A stretch of DNA of 64,000 nucleotides from an uncultured bacterium (GTDB lineage: Bacteria > Verrucomicrobiota > Verrucomicrobiia > Limisphaerales > UBA8199): positions 736,001 to 800,000 of the forward strand of contig CAVVMW010000023.1 in assembly GCA_963749495.1 (NCBI GenBank), written 5' to 3'. The translations under genes and the position numbers were made by a program. The notes under the pieces were generated by a model, which searched no databases, was not told where the DNA came from, and saw only the letters and a list, made by a program, of their open reading frames with translations. This document shows positions 9,602 to 20,895 of the stretch, piece by piece. How positions within the stretch are numbered: position 1 is the first letter of the stretch; every line of letters starts with the position of its first letter.

Positions 9602-11125
9602 ATGTTGGACCAGCTTCAAGCCGTGGCTGTTTGCCGCGGTTACAAAGCCGAACTCACCAGGCAGGGCAACCGGTTCGCGCTCGCCTTGAACCAGCAACTG
9701 CACGTCTCGGTCGGCGCGGGAGACCAGGGTTTGCAATGGGACACCCAATCACCGGCCGAGGAGATCGTCTGGTGCGCCTCTACCGACTCCACCAACCTCA
9801 TCATCCGGCGCAACGGCAGCGCGTCTGTGATCGGCAACTGCCTGACTGAAGGCTTCAATCTGCCGGCCCTGGATTTGGTTGCCATGTTTCGGCCGACCCG
9901 CAACGCTGGTTTGTATTTGCAATGCATCGGCCGCGGACTGCGCCGCGACCCCGAGAATCCAAAGAAGGACCATTGCCTCATCGTCAACGTGATTGACACC
10001 GCCAAGCGCAAAGGGGGCCAGAGGTTTCCACTGCCGACCGAGGACGATTGCCGCATTTACAGCGCCTTGCACAACCGGCGAGCCTCGATCCCGGAAGTCT
10101 TCCTCAGCTGGTTCTACTCCATCAACGATCTGGAGCGGTTGGTGCAGGAGCAGATCAGCGTGGACCAGTGCGGCCACCTGGACACGCCAGAGAAGGTCCA
10201 TCGCCTTCTGTCACCGTCCTGGATGCAGTTGCTCCCCGGTCAACCCGTCAATGGCAGGCTGCCGCGCATCTGGACCCCCGACGGGCAATACCCGGACCTG
10301 CTGCAACCATTCCGCGTCAACGACCCGGAGGCGTTTCGCCTGCTGGCATCCCACAAAGGCTGGGTTTATCTCCCGCACAACCGGCTCCCAAAGCACGAGG
10401 AGGCGCTCATTGAGCTTGCGTCCCAGGTGGCCAGCCGGGATGGCTCGGGGCCGAATTACACGATCGAGACCCTGATCTCGCGCGACGCCCAGCTCCGCAA
10501 CTTCATCTTGAACCTGTTCGACCCGAGGCAGTCGCTCAAAGAGCAAGCCGCCAAATGTTACGACCTGCTGCCCCTCTGCGACGGAGGCCCAAAGGTCGCC
10601 TGGTTCAAGGTCATCGCTCTGCAGGCGGATTTTAACTTCATCCAATGGAAGGACGCCGCTCGTCCCGGCATCAACCGGTTCCTGGTCCGGACGTCGGCGG
10701 GACTGGTTTACGCCTTCCGGCAAGAAGGATCGGGCGCCATCCAGCCGGAGCCGGGCTACGTGTACACCTACAATGATCTGCCCGACTTCGTGAAGACGAC
10801 CCGGTGGGCCAATCAAGGAATGTCCGGGAAACAGGCGGAGCACGTGTGCCGGATTCTTTCGGTGTCGCTCGCTGAAGCTGAGCGCCTGCGGATCAGCAAA
10901 CTGTCGGCCTCCGCGCTCATGTCCAATCACTGGCACAAATCCAGGCTGAAGCGGATCTCCGAGACCCTCCAGACTCCCCAAACGCTCATGCCCGCCGTGT
11001 ATCAGGAGAGCATCCCCATGGCCTTTTCTGACGAGCTGGGGGAGACACTGCGTGAAGCACAAAATGACAGCAGGGAGAACGCGGAAATGTGCCCCGTTCC
11101 GGCCGCCGCCGACGAGATCTTTTGA
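9602..11125 (+). CDS. SF2 helicase C-terminal portion lacking the ATP-binding domain (probably truncated or chimeric)
   Basis: Motif V (LTEGFNLPALD) and motif VI (YLQCIGRGLR) start about 80 aa in; no Walker A or DExH motif. Confidence 0.65.
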   Translation: MLDQLQAVAVCRGYKAELTRQGNRFALALNQQLHVSVGAGDQGLQWDTQSPAEEIVWCASTDSTNLIIRRNGSASVIGNCLTEGFNLPALDLVAMFRPTRNAGLYLQCIGRGLRRDPENPKKDHCLIVNVIDTAKRKGGQRFPLPTEDDCRIYSALHNRRASIPEVFLSWFYSINDLERLVQEQISVDQCGHLDTPEKVHRLLSPSWMQLLPGQPVNGRLPRIWTPDGQYPDLLQPFRVNDPEAFRLLASHKGWVYLPHNRLPKHEEALIELASQVASRDGSGPNYTIETLISRDAQLRNFILNLFDPRQSLKEQAAKCYDLLPLCDGGPKVAWFKVIALQADFNFIQWKDAARPGINRFLVRTSAGLVYAFRQEGSGAIQPEPGYVYTYNDLPDFVKTTRWANQGMSGKQAEHVCRILSVSLAEAERLRISKLSASALMSNHWHKSRLKRISETLQTPQTLMPAVYQESIPMAFSDELGETLREAQNDSRENAEMCPVPAAADEIF

Positions 11126-13545
11126 TGCATTACAGCCAGAACATGGAGACGGTGCTCGCCCGCGCGAAAGAATTCGCGCAGCAGCTCCAGCACACGGCCA
11201 TCAGCCCCCTCCACCTGTTGCTCGCGCTTCTCAAAACACCTGAGTGCCAGGCCTACAAGCACCTGGAAAACCAGCAGGCGCCCATCCAGAAGCTCGCGGA
11301 TTACATCACCCACAACCGGCTCAACCACGAGCCCTACGGAACGCCGACCGGCAGTCTCAATACCAAGAGCAAGTTCATCCTCAACCAAAGCGGACAGATC
11401 TCCCAGCAAATGGGCAGCGGCTACACGCGCACCGAGCACTTGCTGTTGGCCCTGCTCACCGACCAAGGCCTCGCGCGCGACGTTTACCCGGTCGTTGGGA
11501 TCCAGAACGAGCGGCTAACTCACGCCATCCTCACCCAATACGGGCTGCAGGAGCAATTGGTCGGCGCACCTGAAGGAACCGCGCCCAACCGGGAATTCAC
11601 CCGGGTCTGCATCAGCCTGAACGAATTGGCCAGGAAAGGGAAACTCAACCCGGTCATTGGCCGGACACGCGAGATTCAGCGCACGCTGCAGATTCTGGGG
11701 CGGCGCCGCAAGAACAATCCGGTCCTGCTGGGAGAAGCCGGCGTGGGCAAGACCGCCATCGTCGAAGGCATAGCTCAAAGCATCGTAAAGAAGACCTGCC
11801 CGCCTTTGCTGCACAACCGTGAGATTTTCATTTGCAACGTGGCTTCGATGGTCAGCAACACCGTTTTTCGCGGGCAGCTCGAGGGGAGGATCAAGGCCAT
11901 CCTCGATCATGTCCGCAACAACCCGAACATCATCCTCTTCATCGACGAAATCCATCTCATCGTCGGGGCGGGCAGTTCGATCGGCGGCATGGACATCTCC
12001 AACATGATGAAGGCCGCCTTGAGCCGCGGCGAAGCCCGCGTCATCGGCGCAACCACGCTGGATGAATACAACAAGACCATCGCCAAAGACTCCGCGCTCG
12101 AAAGGCGCTTCCAGCCGGTGCGCGTCGAGGAGCCGCCCGACGAGGACGTGCTGGCCATCCTGCACGGCAGCCTGCCGGTGTACGAGGAGCATCATCATGT
12201 CCGCTACGCGCCGCAAGCCGCGCTTGCGGCCCTGCAATACTCGAAGCGATACATCCATGATCGCCAGCTGCCCGACAAAGCCCTGGATGTGCTGGACGAG
12301 GCCGGGTCGGCCGCCAAGATGAATCCGCCGGAAGCTCCAGCAGCCCTCAAGGACCTGGACCTAGCGATAGCCCGGCTGACTGCGGAGAGGGTCCGGGCGG
12401 CCGCGCAAAAGCAATTCAACGAGAGGCAGGCTATTCTCTCCCGCTTGCAACAACTCAAGGATCAGAGGCAGGCAATCCTTCGCAAGCAACCGGACACGCG
12501 GATCGTCACGGAGGACCACATTCGCAGCGCGGTTAGCGTCATGAGCAACATCCCCGTGGCACGACTGACCGCCGAGGACAAGCAATCCGCCCTGTGCCTG
12601 CACGAAATACTGGGCCGTGAGGTCATTGGCCAAAAGCGCGGCATCGCGACCGTCGCCCGATTCCTCCGGCGTGGCCGCACCCGTCTCAACGATCCCAAGC
12701 GGCCGATGGGTGTCCTCCTCCTCTTGGGCCCCACCGGGGTTGGCAAAACTCTATTGGCGAAGCGAGTGGCTGCCCACATGAGCGGTTCCGAGGACCAGCT
12801 CATCGCCCTGGACATGAGTGAGTACATGGAGCGGCACAGCGTGGCGCGATTGATCGGATCGCCTCCGGGCTACCTTGGTTACGAAGACCAAAACACCCTG
12901 GTGGAGCAGGTCCGCCGGCAGCCTTATGCCGTCGTGCTGTTCGATGAAATCGAGAAGGCCCACCCGCAGGTTTGGAACATCCTGCTCCAGATTCTTGAGG
13001 AGGGGCGCCTGACCGACGGGCAGGGGCGCACAGCCAGTTTTCGAAACACCTTGATCCTGATGACCTCAAACGTCGGATACGAGCACTTCCGCAAGAAAAG
13101 CCTCGGCTTCAACCCCAACCTTGCCTCGACTAATGGGGCGGTGGTGGACGCCGTAAAGAAGGAGTTCCGGCCGGAATTCCTGAATCGGATCGATGATCTT
13201 GTCATTTTTGAACCCCTCACCAGGGACGATTGCCGGCAGATCATCGACCTGGAAGTGGAGAAGATCCGGCAGCGCACGAAGTACGCGACGTTGACCCTCT
13301 CGCAATCTCTTAAAGAGAAGGTTCTCAGGGAGGGATTCTCGGAGGAATACGGCGCGCGCCAGTTGAAAAGGATCCTCGAATTGTTGGTGACCGATCCCAT
13401 CAGCGACGCGCTGCTAAGAGAAGGAATCAGCGGCACGGGGGACATTCTGGCGGATTACGACGCGGAAAAGGGGGTTCTGGTCCATGAAGCGGGATCCGCG
13501 CCGCAGAACACGTCGGCGCCAGAACCCGTCCCGGCAGCAGTTTGA
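11125..13545 (+). CDS. clpC: ClpC/ClpB-family AAA+ chaperone ATPase
   Basis: Clp N-repeats (HLLLALL twice), NBD1 GEAGVGKT and FIDEIH, NBD2 GPTGVGKT and [27 protein letters not shown] overlaps the upstream TGA. Confidence 0.9.
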   Translation: MHYSQNMETVLARAKEFAQQLQHTAISPLHLLLALLKTPECQAYKHLENQQAPIQKLADYITHNRLNHEPYGTPTGSLNTKSKFILNQSGQISQQMGSGYTRTEHLLLALLTDQGLARDVYPVVGIQNERLTHAILTQYGLQEQLVGAPEGTAPNREFTRVCISLNELARKGKLNPVIGRTREIQRTLQILGRRRKNNPVLLGEAGVGKTAIVEGIAQSIVKKTCPPLLHNREIFICNVASMVSNTVFRGQLEGRIKAILDHVRNNPNIILFIDEIHLIVGAGSSIGGMDISNMMKAALSRGEARVIGATTLDEYNKTIAKDSALERRFQPVRVEEPPDEDVLAILHGSLPVYEEHHHVRYAPQAALAALQYSKRYIHDRQLPDKALDVLDEAGSAAKMNPPEAPAALKDLDLAIARLTAERVRAAAQKQFNERQAILSRLQQLKDQRQAILRKQPDTRIVTEDHIRSAVSVMSNIPVARLTAEDKQSALCLHEILGREVIGQKRGIATVARFLRRGRTRLNDPKRPMGVLLLLGPTGVGKTLLAKRVAAHMSGSEDQLIALDMSEYMERHSVARLIGSPPGYLGYEDQNTLVEQVRRQPYAVVLFDEIEKAHPQVWNILLQILEEGRLTDGQGRTASFRNTLILMTSNVGYEHFRKKSLGFNPNLASTNGAVVDAVKKEFRPEFLNRIDDLVIFEPLTRDDCRQIIDLEVEKIRQRTKYATLTLSQSLKEKVLREGFSEEYGARQLKRILELLVTDPISDALLREGISGTGDILADYDAEKGVLVHEAGSAPQNTSAPEPVPAAV

Positions 13546-13585
13546 TCATCACTGACCCATTCAGAGCGCGCGGGCCCCTTGTAAC

Positions 13586-16167
13586 TTGCCCGCGGAGTGG
13601 GAAGGCTACAGAAGGAAAGTGAACGCCTCATCACGCAAGCCGCCCAGGAGCGGGGGTTACTACCGAGCCGTCAAGGCCGTGGATAAGCTCAAACCCGGCG
13701 ATCTGATCCTCGCGTGGACTGAGGAGACGGGTGAAATCAAAGCGATGCGAGGAGCGGCGCAATTCTACTACGAGGAGGGAGAATTTGCCGTCCACTTTGA
13801 ACCGGCTCCCGCCGGACGCGCGGAACGGCTGGCTGAGCTGGAGCAATTGCTGGCCCAGGCCGCGGCGGGAGAGGACATCAACAAAACGGCAGGCTTTCTG
13901 GTGGAACAAACCGAAGGCGACCCAGGGGGGCAAGCCCTAATCACGACTCGGAAACGCAACGAAATCGTTCAGGCCAAGCGAGCTGCGCTCCACGCCAAGC
14001 AGAGAGTCGAGGTGCTCAAAACGGAGCTGAAAGGCATTCTGGTCGAGCAGGAGAAGATTCTTGAGCTGGCCGCGGCGAAATGGGGAGACCAACTCGCCAG
14101 GCTCAACTACGCCATCGAAAGCATCAATCTTTACCTGGGCCGCGACGAACAGTTCACGTGCATCCAGGAGGGAGAACCGGCGCCAGCCGGAGAGCCCATC
14201 ACGATTCGCCAGACCGTCTTGTTCATGGACGAGGAATGCGCTTTGCAAGCCGAGGAGGGCGGCATCGACTTCAAAACCATAAGCGATTTCGACCAGTGGC
14301 TTTGTCAGCCAGCCCATTTGGGGCAGGTGCTGCCAGAAGCCAAGGGCATCGTTGCGATGCGGCTTCGCCGGGGGGAGAAGTTTTATGCTGACGCGACCTT
14401 CTGGGAGAGAATCATGTTCAACCAGGCCAACGGAGGCACGTACATCCTCGTCCGCAATGGCCAGAAACTTTGGCGCGTCTGGAACAACCTGGAGCTGCCA
14501 GGGCACCTTTACCCCACCAAAGCCGAATTCGAGTCGCTATTCTATGACAAATGGGGCCAGGAACCTCTCCAACCGGGCAGTCTGAAGTACCAAAAAGCCC
14601 TCAACGAGGCCCAGGGACTCCGCAAGCTCTACCTCCAGGCGGCACTGCTGCTCCAGGGGATCGTGGACCGCACCCGGGTCTTTCATCCATTGCCGGTCGA
14701 ACGCGTTAACCTGCTTGACCCGAACCCGCATCCGGCGGTCATTCGCCTCATCCGCGATGCGGAGAACCTGCTGGGAAGCGGACGGCCACCCTACGCCGAA
14801 TGGAGACGCGAACTCAACGACCGGCTTGAGGTTGGAAAACGCATCGTCTTCGGCGGAACCTCCTACATGCGCTACCAGCACGAGGACCAGAAGTACGGAT
14901 ACAGCCGCACCCACCCCAAATTCGTTGATTGGCCGAAGCGCGATGTCGTTTACACGCTGGCTGACGTTGCGTCTGGCGGGCACGACTTTCAATTTCAGTT
15001 CCAACGGGAGGGCACCGAGCGCCGCGCAACCTTCAACCTCTACAAGAGGGACGATTTCATTCTGAATTTCGACAACGCCACCGAGGAAGACATCGAGTTT
15101 TATCTGGGTGACCGGGCCAACCGCCACGATTACCTCTCCAGCTTCCCGCTGCTCCAAGCTACCCTCCGGCTCAAACGCGAGGAGAGAGAAAAAGAGAAGC
15201 CATTCGTGGATTTGCTGGTTCGGCACGCGGCAGACCAATGCGGAATGGACCAAGGGCAAGCCCGGCAGTGGCTGACCGCCATCATCCCCTGGTGGAAGCA
15301 AAGGAACAAATTCTCGCGGGGGCTCACCAGTGCGGAGAAGGCGGCATACCGGCAGATATTGAACGAGGTGCGGTTGCGGCTTGAGATTCGCGCCAACCCA
15401 GCGGACACACAAACCGCGACCCGAATTGCTGCCGCGCGCCCCGACTGGCTGGTTATCGCCAAGGACACTGGTTACGGCGTCACCTGCCTCCGGCGCGTGC
15501 CAGGAATTCTTGGCCTGGTGATTAGAGAAACCTGGAGCCCTGACGGTCAGGTCCTGAAGGCGACTGCAGATTGGTTCATGCCTGGTTCGGAAACCGGCCG
15601 CTGGGAGGTGCTGGCGGCTCGCCCGGAATGGGCGGCATGGCCCAGACATGGCCGACGGCGCGAATTTCTCTCCGAACTGGAATACCAACAGCTATTGGCC
15701 GAAATCCGAGAGATTATCGCGAAACAGGAGGAGGGCGAGTGGAGGACTTTTGTTGCCGTAACCGCGTCCCAACACGCCCTTCATGTGCATGGCGTCCGCG
15801 AACGCGATCGTTACTGGAACAGCCGGCGCGCAGCCGAATGGACCCTGAAACAAGCGAAATGGGAAAGAGTGAAAGGAGTGGCGAGACTTCAACCATGGGC
15901 GCACTGGGCCACGCTTTCGGCACAACTTTGCCTTGATCCCACCGACAAGAACCCAAATCAGCCTGCAGAGAACGGTGGCACACCGGAATATGAAAACTCG
16001 CGCCTGGGAAACCTGGCGCCAGACCTCCGCCGGCTGCCCTTCACGGTCCATGGCCACCGACTGCTCTGGTTCGATGAGGCGGCCCTTGCTGAGTCTCGCA
16101 AGATACTGCTTAAAGAGGCCACCAAACAGCGTCGGAAGAGTCGGCGTTGGGCTATAGTGCGCTTTTA
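13586..16167 (+). pseudogene. Large hypothetical protein, 5' part, interrupted by IS21
   Basis: Reading frame ...WAIVRFY joins EDHIERVLKERL... at 19601 once the IS and one TTTTA copy are removed (about 964 aa). Confidence 0.8.
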
Positions 16168-16242
16168 TGTCAGCGGCGGCGGGAACGCGGATGAAAAGCG
16201 CCGGTTCCAAAATCTGAGCGGGCGGAGGGTCGAAAAGCAAAC

Positions 16243-16266
16243 AACCGGCAGCTTCTGCTGCCGGTT
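16243..16266. terminator. Perfect hairpin downstream of istB
   Basis: AACCGGCAGC-TTCT-GCTGCCGGTT: 10-bp stem flanked by A/T runs. Confidence 0.5.
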
Positions 16267-16296
16267 TTGCGACGGAACTGATAGTGGAGAACCGGA

Positions 16297-17037
16297 TCAC
16301 GTTTGGATTTGGTCTTTCATGCGAAAGCTGGTGCCTTCGACGACGACCGTCTCGGCGTGATGGAGGAGCCGATCCAGGACGGCGGAGGCCAGCGTGGCGT
16401 CATTGTTGAAGATGCTGGCCCACTGTTTGAAGGGTTTGTTGGTAGTCACCACGATGGAACCGCGCTCGTAGCGCTGGCTGATAACCTGGAAGAGCAGGTC
16501 GGCGCCATGCTGGTCGATGGGCAGGTAGCCGATCTCATCCAAGATCAACAGCCGGGGACGGAGGTATTTGCGGAGTTCACTTTTGAGGCGGCTGCTTTTC
16601 TGGGCGGCGCTGAGTTGGTTGATGACATTGATGGCGTTGGCAAAGAGAACCGAGTGGCCCTCCAGACAGGCCGCGTAGCCGAGGGCGGTGGCCAAGTGGG
16701 TCTTGCCCAAGCCAACGTTGCCCAGGAAGATGGCGTTGGCGTTCTGTTCCAGGAACTGCAGGCGAAAGAGGTTCTGCACCTGGAGCCGATTGATTTTCTT
16801 AAGCCAATCCCACTGGAACTGTTCGAGGGTCTTGATGACCGGAAAGCGCGCGGCCTTCACGTGCAGGGCCACGGCGCGCTCCCGGCGCTGCTGGTATTGG
16901 CCGTCGATGAGCCGGGCCAGGTATTCGGCGTGAGTCCAGGGCTGCCGGGCAGCCTGCTGGGCCAGGTCGTCGTATTGCGCCTTCAGGAAAGGCAGTTTGA
17001 GGTAGTCGAGTTGCTGAGCCAGGAGGGAGGGGTTCAT
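16297..17037 (-). CDS. istB: IS21 helper ATPase IstB
   Basis: GNVGLGKTHLA, LILDEIGYLP, AVLDRLLHHA. Confidence 0.95.
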   Translation of the reverse strand: MNPSLLAQQLDYLKLPFLKAQYDDLAQQAARQPWTHAEYLARLIDGQYQQRRERAVALHVKAARFPVIKTLEQFQWDWLKKINRLQVQNLFRLQFLEQNANAIFLGNVGLGKTHLATALGYAACLEGHSVLFANAINVINQLSAAQKSSRLKSELRKYLRPRLLILDEIGYLPIDQHGADLLFQVISQRYERGSIVVTTNKPFKQWASIFNNDATLASAVLDRLLHHAETVVVEGTSFRMKDQIQT

Positions 17038-18512
17038 GGTTGGGGAGAGGGCGGGTTGGGGTCATAGGGACTCAAGTCGGCCGGGGGCAGGTCCAGTTCC
17101 AAGAGGTCCTGCCGGCGGGTCAGGTGCAAGGGCGAGGGCGCCACGGCGTGGCGCTCGCGTTGTTCCAACAGGTTGGCGATGTATTCGCAGCCGTACGCAT
17201 CGAAGGTCAGGGCGTCCTGGAGGGCGCGGGCCACTTTATCGGGGCCGTAGAGTTGGCTCAACGCGACGATCTTTTGGATGTGATGGGGAGCGTTGAAGCG
17301 TTTTTCCCGGAGTTTACGGCCGTAGAGTTCGGCCTGCGGTCCCAGGCTCAGGAACGCTTGCAGGCAGGTTTGGTCGCGGGCGCGGTGACGCTGCGTCAGG
17401 AGTTCCTGGATATGGTCGGGGTTGCGGATGTCCTGGCGGCGGTCGTAGCCGCGCAGGTGGGTAGCGATCAGCTTTTCGTGGTGATAGCAGAGCACTTGGT
17501 CAGGATAGATTTTGAGGCTCAGTTGCTGGGAGGCATAGAGGTGAGGCACGGTGTAGCGATTGGTCTCAAAAACGACGCGGCAACAACTGTTGGCGCTGGT
17601 GGGCCGGACGACTCCGCAGTCATAAGGACGGAGCGGCAGGGCTTTGAGCAGGGGCTTTTCCTGAGCAAACCGTTCCAGGGGTTTGACGTGGGTCTCGCCG
17701 TGGATACGCACGTTGGCCACGGTATCCTGCCACTGCCGGGCGGCGGGATTGACGGCCTCGAAGGAGGGGATCTGCAAACCGCTCAGGAAGTTCTTTTTGA
17801 CGTAGCCCACGCCATTTTCCACGCGCCCTTTTTCGTTCGCCTTTTTGACCTGGCAGGCGACGGGGACGAAGCCATGGTGGGCGGCGAAGTCCAGGTAGCG
17901 CGGGTTGAAACGGGCCGCAGCGCCCAGCGGATGTTCGAGCACCCCGACCTTGAGATTATCGATCATGACTTTAGCGGGGATGCCCCCGAAGAACTCGAAG
18001 GCATGGCGGTGGCAGGAGAGGAACTGTTCCATGCCTTCGGAGAGGGTAAACTCCACATAGATGAGGCGGCTGAAGCACAGGACCATCACGAAGAAGCTCA
18101 AGCGCCGTCTGGTAGAGCCGACGGTGACGGAGCCGAAGCTGCCCCAATCAACCTGCGCGCATTCCCCCGGGGCAAACTCCAGCGTCAGGAAGGCGGGTTT
18201 GCGCATCGGGCGCACCAGGCGGACAAACTCCTTGAGGATGCTGTAACCGCCAGCGTAGCCCTGGGGTTTGAGTTCCTGGAGGATTTGCTGAGCGCTGTAA
18301 GGATGACGTTCCAGCAGGCCAACAATCCGGCCCTTGAACGCGTCGAGCTTACTGGGGCGTTTGCCGCCTCGGCGTTGGTGATAGCTGGTCTGCTCCGCCC
18401 ACTTGGCGACGGTTTTGGGGTCCAGTTGAAGTTCCACCGCAACCTGGGCGGCAGTGAGATGCTTTTCATCCAAGAGCACTCGAAGCTGGCAGAAGGTGGG
18501 GTAATCGATCAT
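17034..18512 (-). CDS. istA: IS21 DDE transposase IstA
   Basis: PGECAQVDWG, MIDNLK, KGRVENGVGYVK, RIHGET. Confidence 0.95.
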   Translation of the reverse strand: MIDYPTFCQLRVLLDEKHLTAAQVAVELQLDPKTVAKWAEQTSYHQRRGGKRPSKLDAFKGRIVGLLERHPYSAQQILQELKPQGYAGGYSILKEFVRLVRPMRKPAFLTLEFAPGECAQVDWGSFGSVTVGSTRRRLSFFVMVLCFSRLIYVEFTLSEGMEQFLSCHRHAFEFFGGIPAKVMIDNLKVGVLEHPLGAAARFNPRYLDFAAHHGFVPVACQVKKANEKGRVENGVGYVKKNFLSGLQIPSFEAVNPAARQWQDTVANVRIHGETHVKPLERFAQEKPLLKALPLRPYDCGVVRPTSANSCCRVVFETNRYTVPHLYASQQLSLKIYPDQVLCYHHEKLIATHLRGYDRRQDIRNPDHIQELLTQRHRARDQTCLQAFLSLGPQAELYGRKLREKRFNAPHHIQKIVALSQLYGPDKVARALQDALTFDAYGCEYIANLLEQRERHAVAPSPLHLTRRQDLLELDLPPADLSPYDPNPPSPQP

Positions 18513-18910
18513 GGCCGACCTCCCGCCAAGGCCCGGCGCAGGATGTCGCCCACGCACTGAGCTTGCTCGCTGCGAGGTGCGTCCGGGGCCACCGGCTCGG
18601 AGGAGACCTCCGGCAGGGCCAGCACCTGGTAGAGAGGTTTTTGATAGGCGATGAGCCCGGCCCGCTCCAATTGCTGACGCGCTGAGGCCAGTTCCAACGG
18701 ATCCAGCTTGAGCTGCCGCCCCAGGGCCGCCTCGGAGTAGTAACTCAGGCCTTGGGCGTCGCCGACAGTGACCAGGAACAGGTAGAGAGCCCAGGCCCGG
18801 TGGTCGCAGGTTTTCAGATGGTGGTGACGAATCAACCGGTGGTCCACCCAGCTAAAACTGCTGGGGACCTCACGGAGCCGATTGGGTCGGAGGAGACGTT
18901 TGATGATCAT
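18509..18910 (-). CDS. IS21-borne accessory protein (wHTH-like)
   Basis: FSWVDHRL...LYLFLVTVGDAQGLSYYS...LERAGLIAY; stop overlaps the istA start; lies inside the IS ends. Confidence 0.75.
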   Translation of the reverse strand: MIIKRLLRPNRLREVPSSFSWVDHRLIRHHHLKTCDHRAWALYLFLVTVGDAQGLSYYSEAALGRQLKLDPLELASARQQLERAGLIAYQKPLYQVLALPEVSSEPVAPDAPRSEQAQCVGDILRRALAGGRP

Positions 18911-19418
18911 AATCAGAACATGGTTTTTCGTTGCGTTGCTCTGGAAGCACCCGCCCCAGAATGATGCAACCCTGTTCTATCAGGCGGCGGATCAAAGGCT
19001 GGATGTCATCTTGTAACGTACTGCCCGCAAACATCGAGAGCAGTCCGATAAACGCGGGCTCCTGTGCCAGGCAGAAATCTTGTAACGTACGGGGCAGAGG
19101 TCTCGGTACGTTACGAGATGTCTGCTCGGGGTTAACCGCTTCTGCCTCAATTGGTTGAGTGCCTTCAGACGCAGGGGTTTTCCGCTTCCAATACCCTGGA
19201 TGAGCCTTGCGCCAAGCCCGCACCCGGTCGGTGCCTTCGCCCTGCCGAAAGTGCGAAAGATTTTTGGGTTGGCGATACCAGCGCCGCTGGCTGGCGAGCT
19301 TGCTGGCCCGGCGGCAATCCGGTTTTTCGCAGTAGCGTTGATGCTTCCGGTTCCGGTAATCCGGGAAGAAAAACGCGTTGCAACACTGGCACTTACGTCG
19401 CTTGGACTTTGGGCTCAT
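18870..19418 (-). CDS. IS21-borne accessory protein with N-terminal Cys cluster
   Basis: CQCC...QRYCEKPDC, RVRAWRKAHPGYW; lies inside the IS ends. Confidence 0.7.
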   Translation of the reverse strand: MSPKSKRRKCQCCNAFFFPDYRNRKHQRYCEKPDCRRASKLASQRRWYRQPKNLSHFRQGEGTDRVRAWRKAHPGYWKRKTPASEGTQPIEAEAVNPEQTSRNVPRPLPRTLQDFCLAQEPAFIGLLSMFAGSTLQDDIQPLIRRLIEQGCIILGRVLPEQRNEKPCSDYDHQTSPPTQSAP

Positions 19419-19600
19419 CGCGCCCCAACAGCAACACAGCCGCCGAGCGGATCAAAACAAAACAATCGGCCCGAAGAAGAACCAAGGCGAAGAAGCAAGA
19501 AGAGCTCTCAGGAGAATAGCCGGAAGAAAAGACCAGGGAAGAAGAAGGGAATTTCAAACCAGCGGTTTTCCGGGAATATCACTCCGCCGCTGGCATTTTA

Positions 19601-19913
19601 TGAGGATCACATCGAAAGAGTGTTGAAGGAACGGCTCTGGGAACATGAAAAACAGAAATACCTCGCCGACGGCGGCCTGGCCGAACTCTGGGAGGACCAT
19701 CGCAAGACAGTGAAGTTACATCCACTGGAACTCGACAGGACCGATCTGGAGAGCTGTTTGAGGTTTCTGGTCAATGCAGGAATTAAGCTGGCCGGCCGGC
19801 AGAGTGGCGAAATATGGGCGCTGGCCGTTGAGAAGGGCTGGACGCCCGGCAACCCGGAAGCGAACCGCAGCATACCGGCCAATATCCCCTTACCCGAACC
19901 AGAGGAAGAGTGA
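19601..19913 (+). pseudogene. 3' part of the IS21-interrupted large hypothetical gene
   Basis: In frame with 13586-16167 after IS removal. Confidence 0.78.
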
Positions 19914-20895
19914 AAAGCCGTACCCAAAGCCGCTCCTGGTTCTTGTTCACCCGGGCAGTTTGTGCGGCAGCTATCAGACCGCGCATGATTGGCACAAGGA
20001 CTGGAGGCGTTACGCGAAAACGCGGCGCGAACAGCTCTGCGCGGAGTTCACGTTCCTGGATGCATACAAAGCGGTCGTGTCAGGGACCGAGTTGGACGAC
20101 GAAATCCAGCGGTACCCGAATGTGCAAGCGGCTGTCTCGTCGGCCAACCGAAGGTATCAGGCTCACGGCACCGAAACAGGCCTTGTCCAAGCAGCCCGGA
20201 GAATCTTCAGGGACTTTTCGGAAAGGGCCAATGCGATGATCGTCACCGGGGCTTGGGCCGACCGCGAAGGCCGCTGTGCGTGGACAGTCTATCGAGAACT
20301 GCGGCGTCTGAGCAGGAATCGGCTGAAGGTGACGGTCTCCAGATTGGCCGCGCGTCACGACATCGCGCAGGCCGAAATTGAGGCCGGCGCAACCCACCCT
20401 CTCGGAAACTCGCCTTCGCGAGTGCGCTGGCATGTCGCTCATGACCGTGAGGCCTACAGCCTGAACGAAGGCCACTTGCGCTACCACAGCGAGAGAACGC
20501 CGGAATGGGAGCTCCTTGGTCGGCGGTTAAAGGCCATCGGCGGTTCTGTCGTTTGCGCCGCTTTTGAAGAGGACATCCAACTGATTCTACGCCACGGCAA
20601 GACATGGGTGCCCCTTCAGAAGGACATTGTCATGCGGCGCGGAGAGGCTATCCGCTGTCACGATAATTCCATTCTGCTGCAGGAAGCCTACCCCCATCTG
20701 CACGTCTGCACGGGATACGCGCTGTCAAACGATGGAATCTGGCGAAGCCATTCGTGGTGCTTCGAGCAACATACCTACCGGATCATTGAGACCACCGTGA
20801 AGCGGGTGGCTTACCACGGAGCTGTACTGGTAAGGGGAACCGGGAAGAGATCCCAACTCACCAATCCCGATACTCGCAACGCACGGCGGCTCTAG
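19910..20895 (+). CDS. Two-domain hypothetical protein (start uncertain, possibly frameshifted at the 5' end)
   Basis: N-terminal LLVLVHPGSLCGS...IVTGAW; C-terminal CHDNS...TGYALSNDGIWRSHSW with a Cys/His pattern. Confidence 0.55.

Larger units (their letters stand above)
16168..19595 (-). mobile_element. IS21-family insertion sequence with four ORFs
   Basis: Ends TGTCAGCGGCGG (16168) and CCGCCGCTGGCA (to 19595); 5-bp target duplication TTTTA at 16163-16167 and 19596-19600; contains istA and istB. Confidence 0.93.

Noticed and set aside
16168..16360. C-terminus of the 924-aa track ORF
   Set aside because: Read-through into the IS21 end; the true C-terminus is at 19601-19913.
17040..18560. 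506-aa plus-strand ORF
   Set aside because: Exact antisense of istA.
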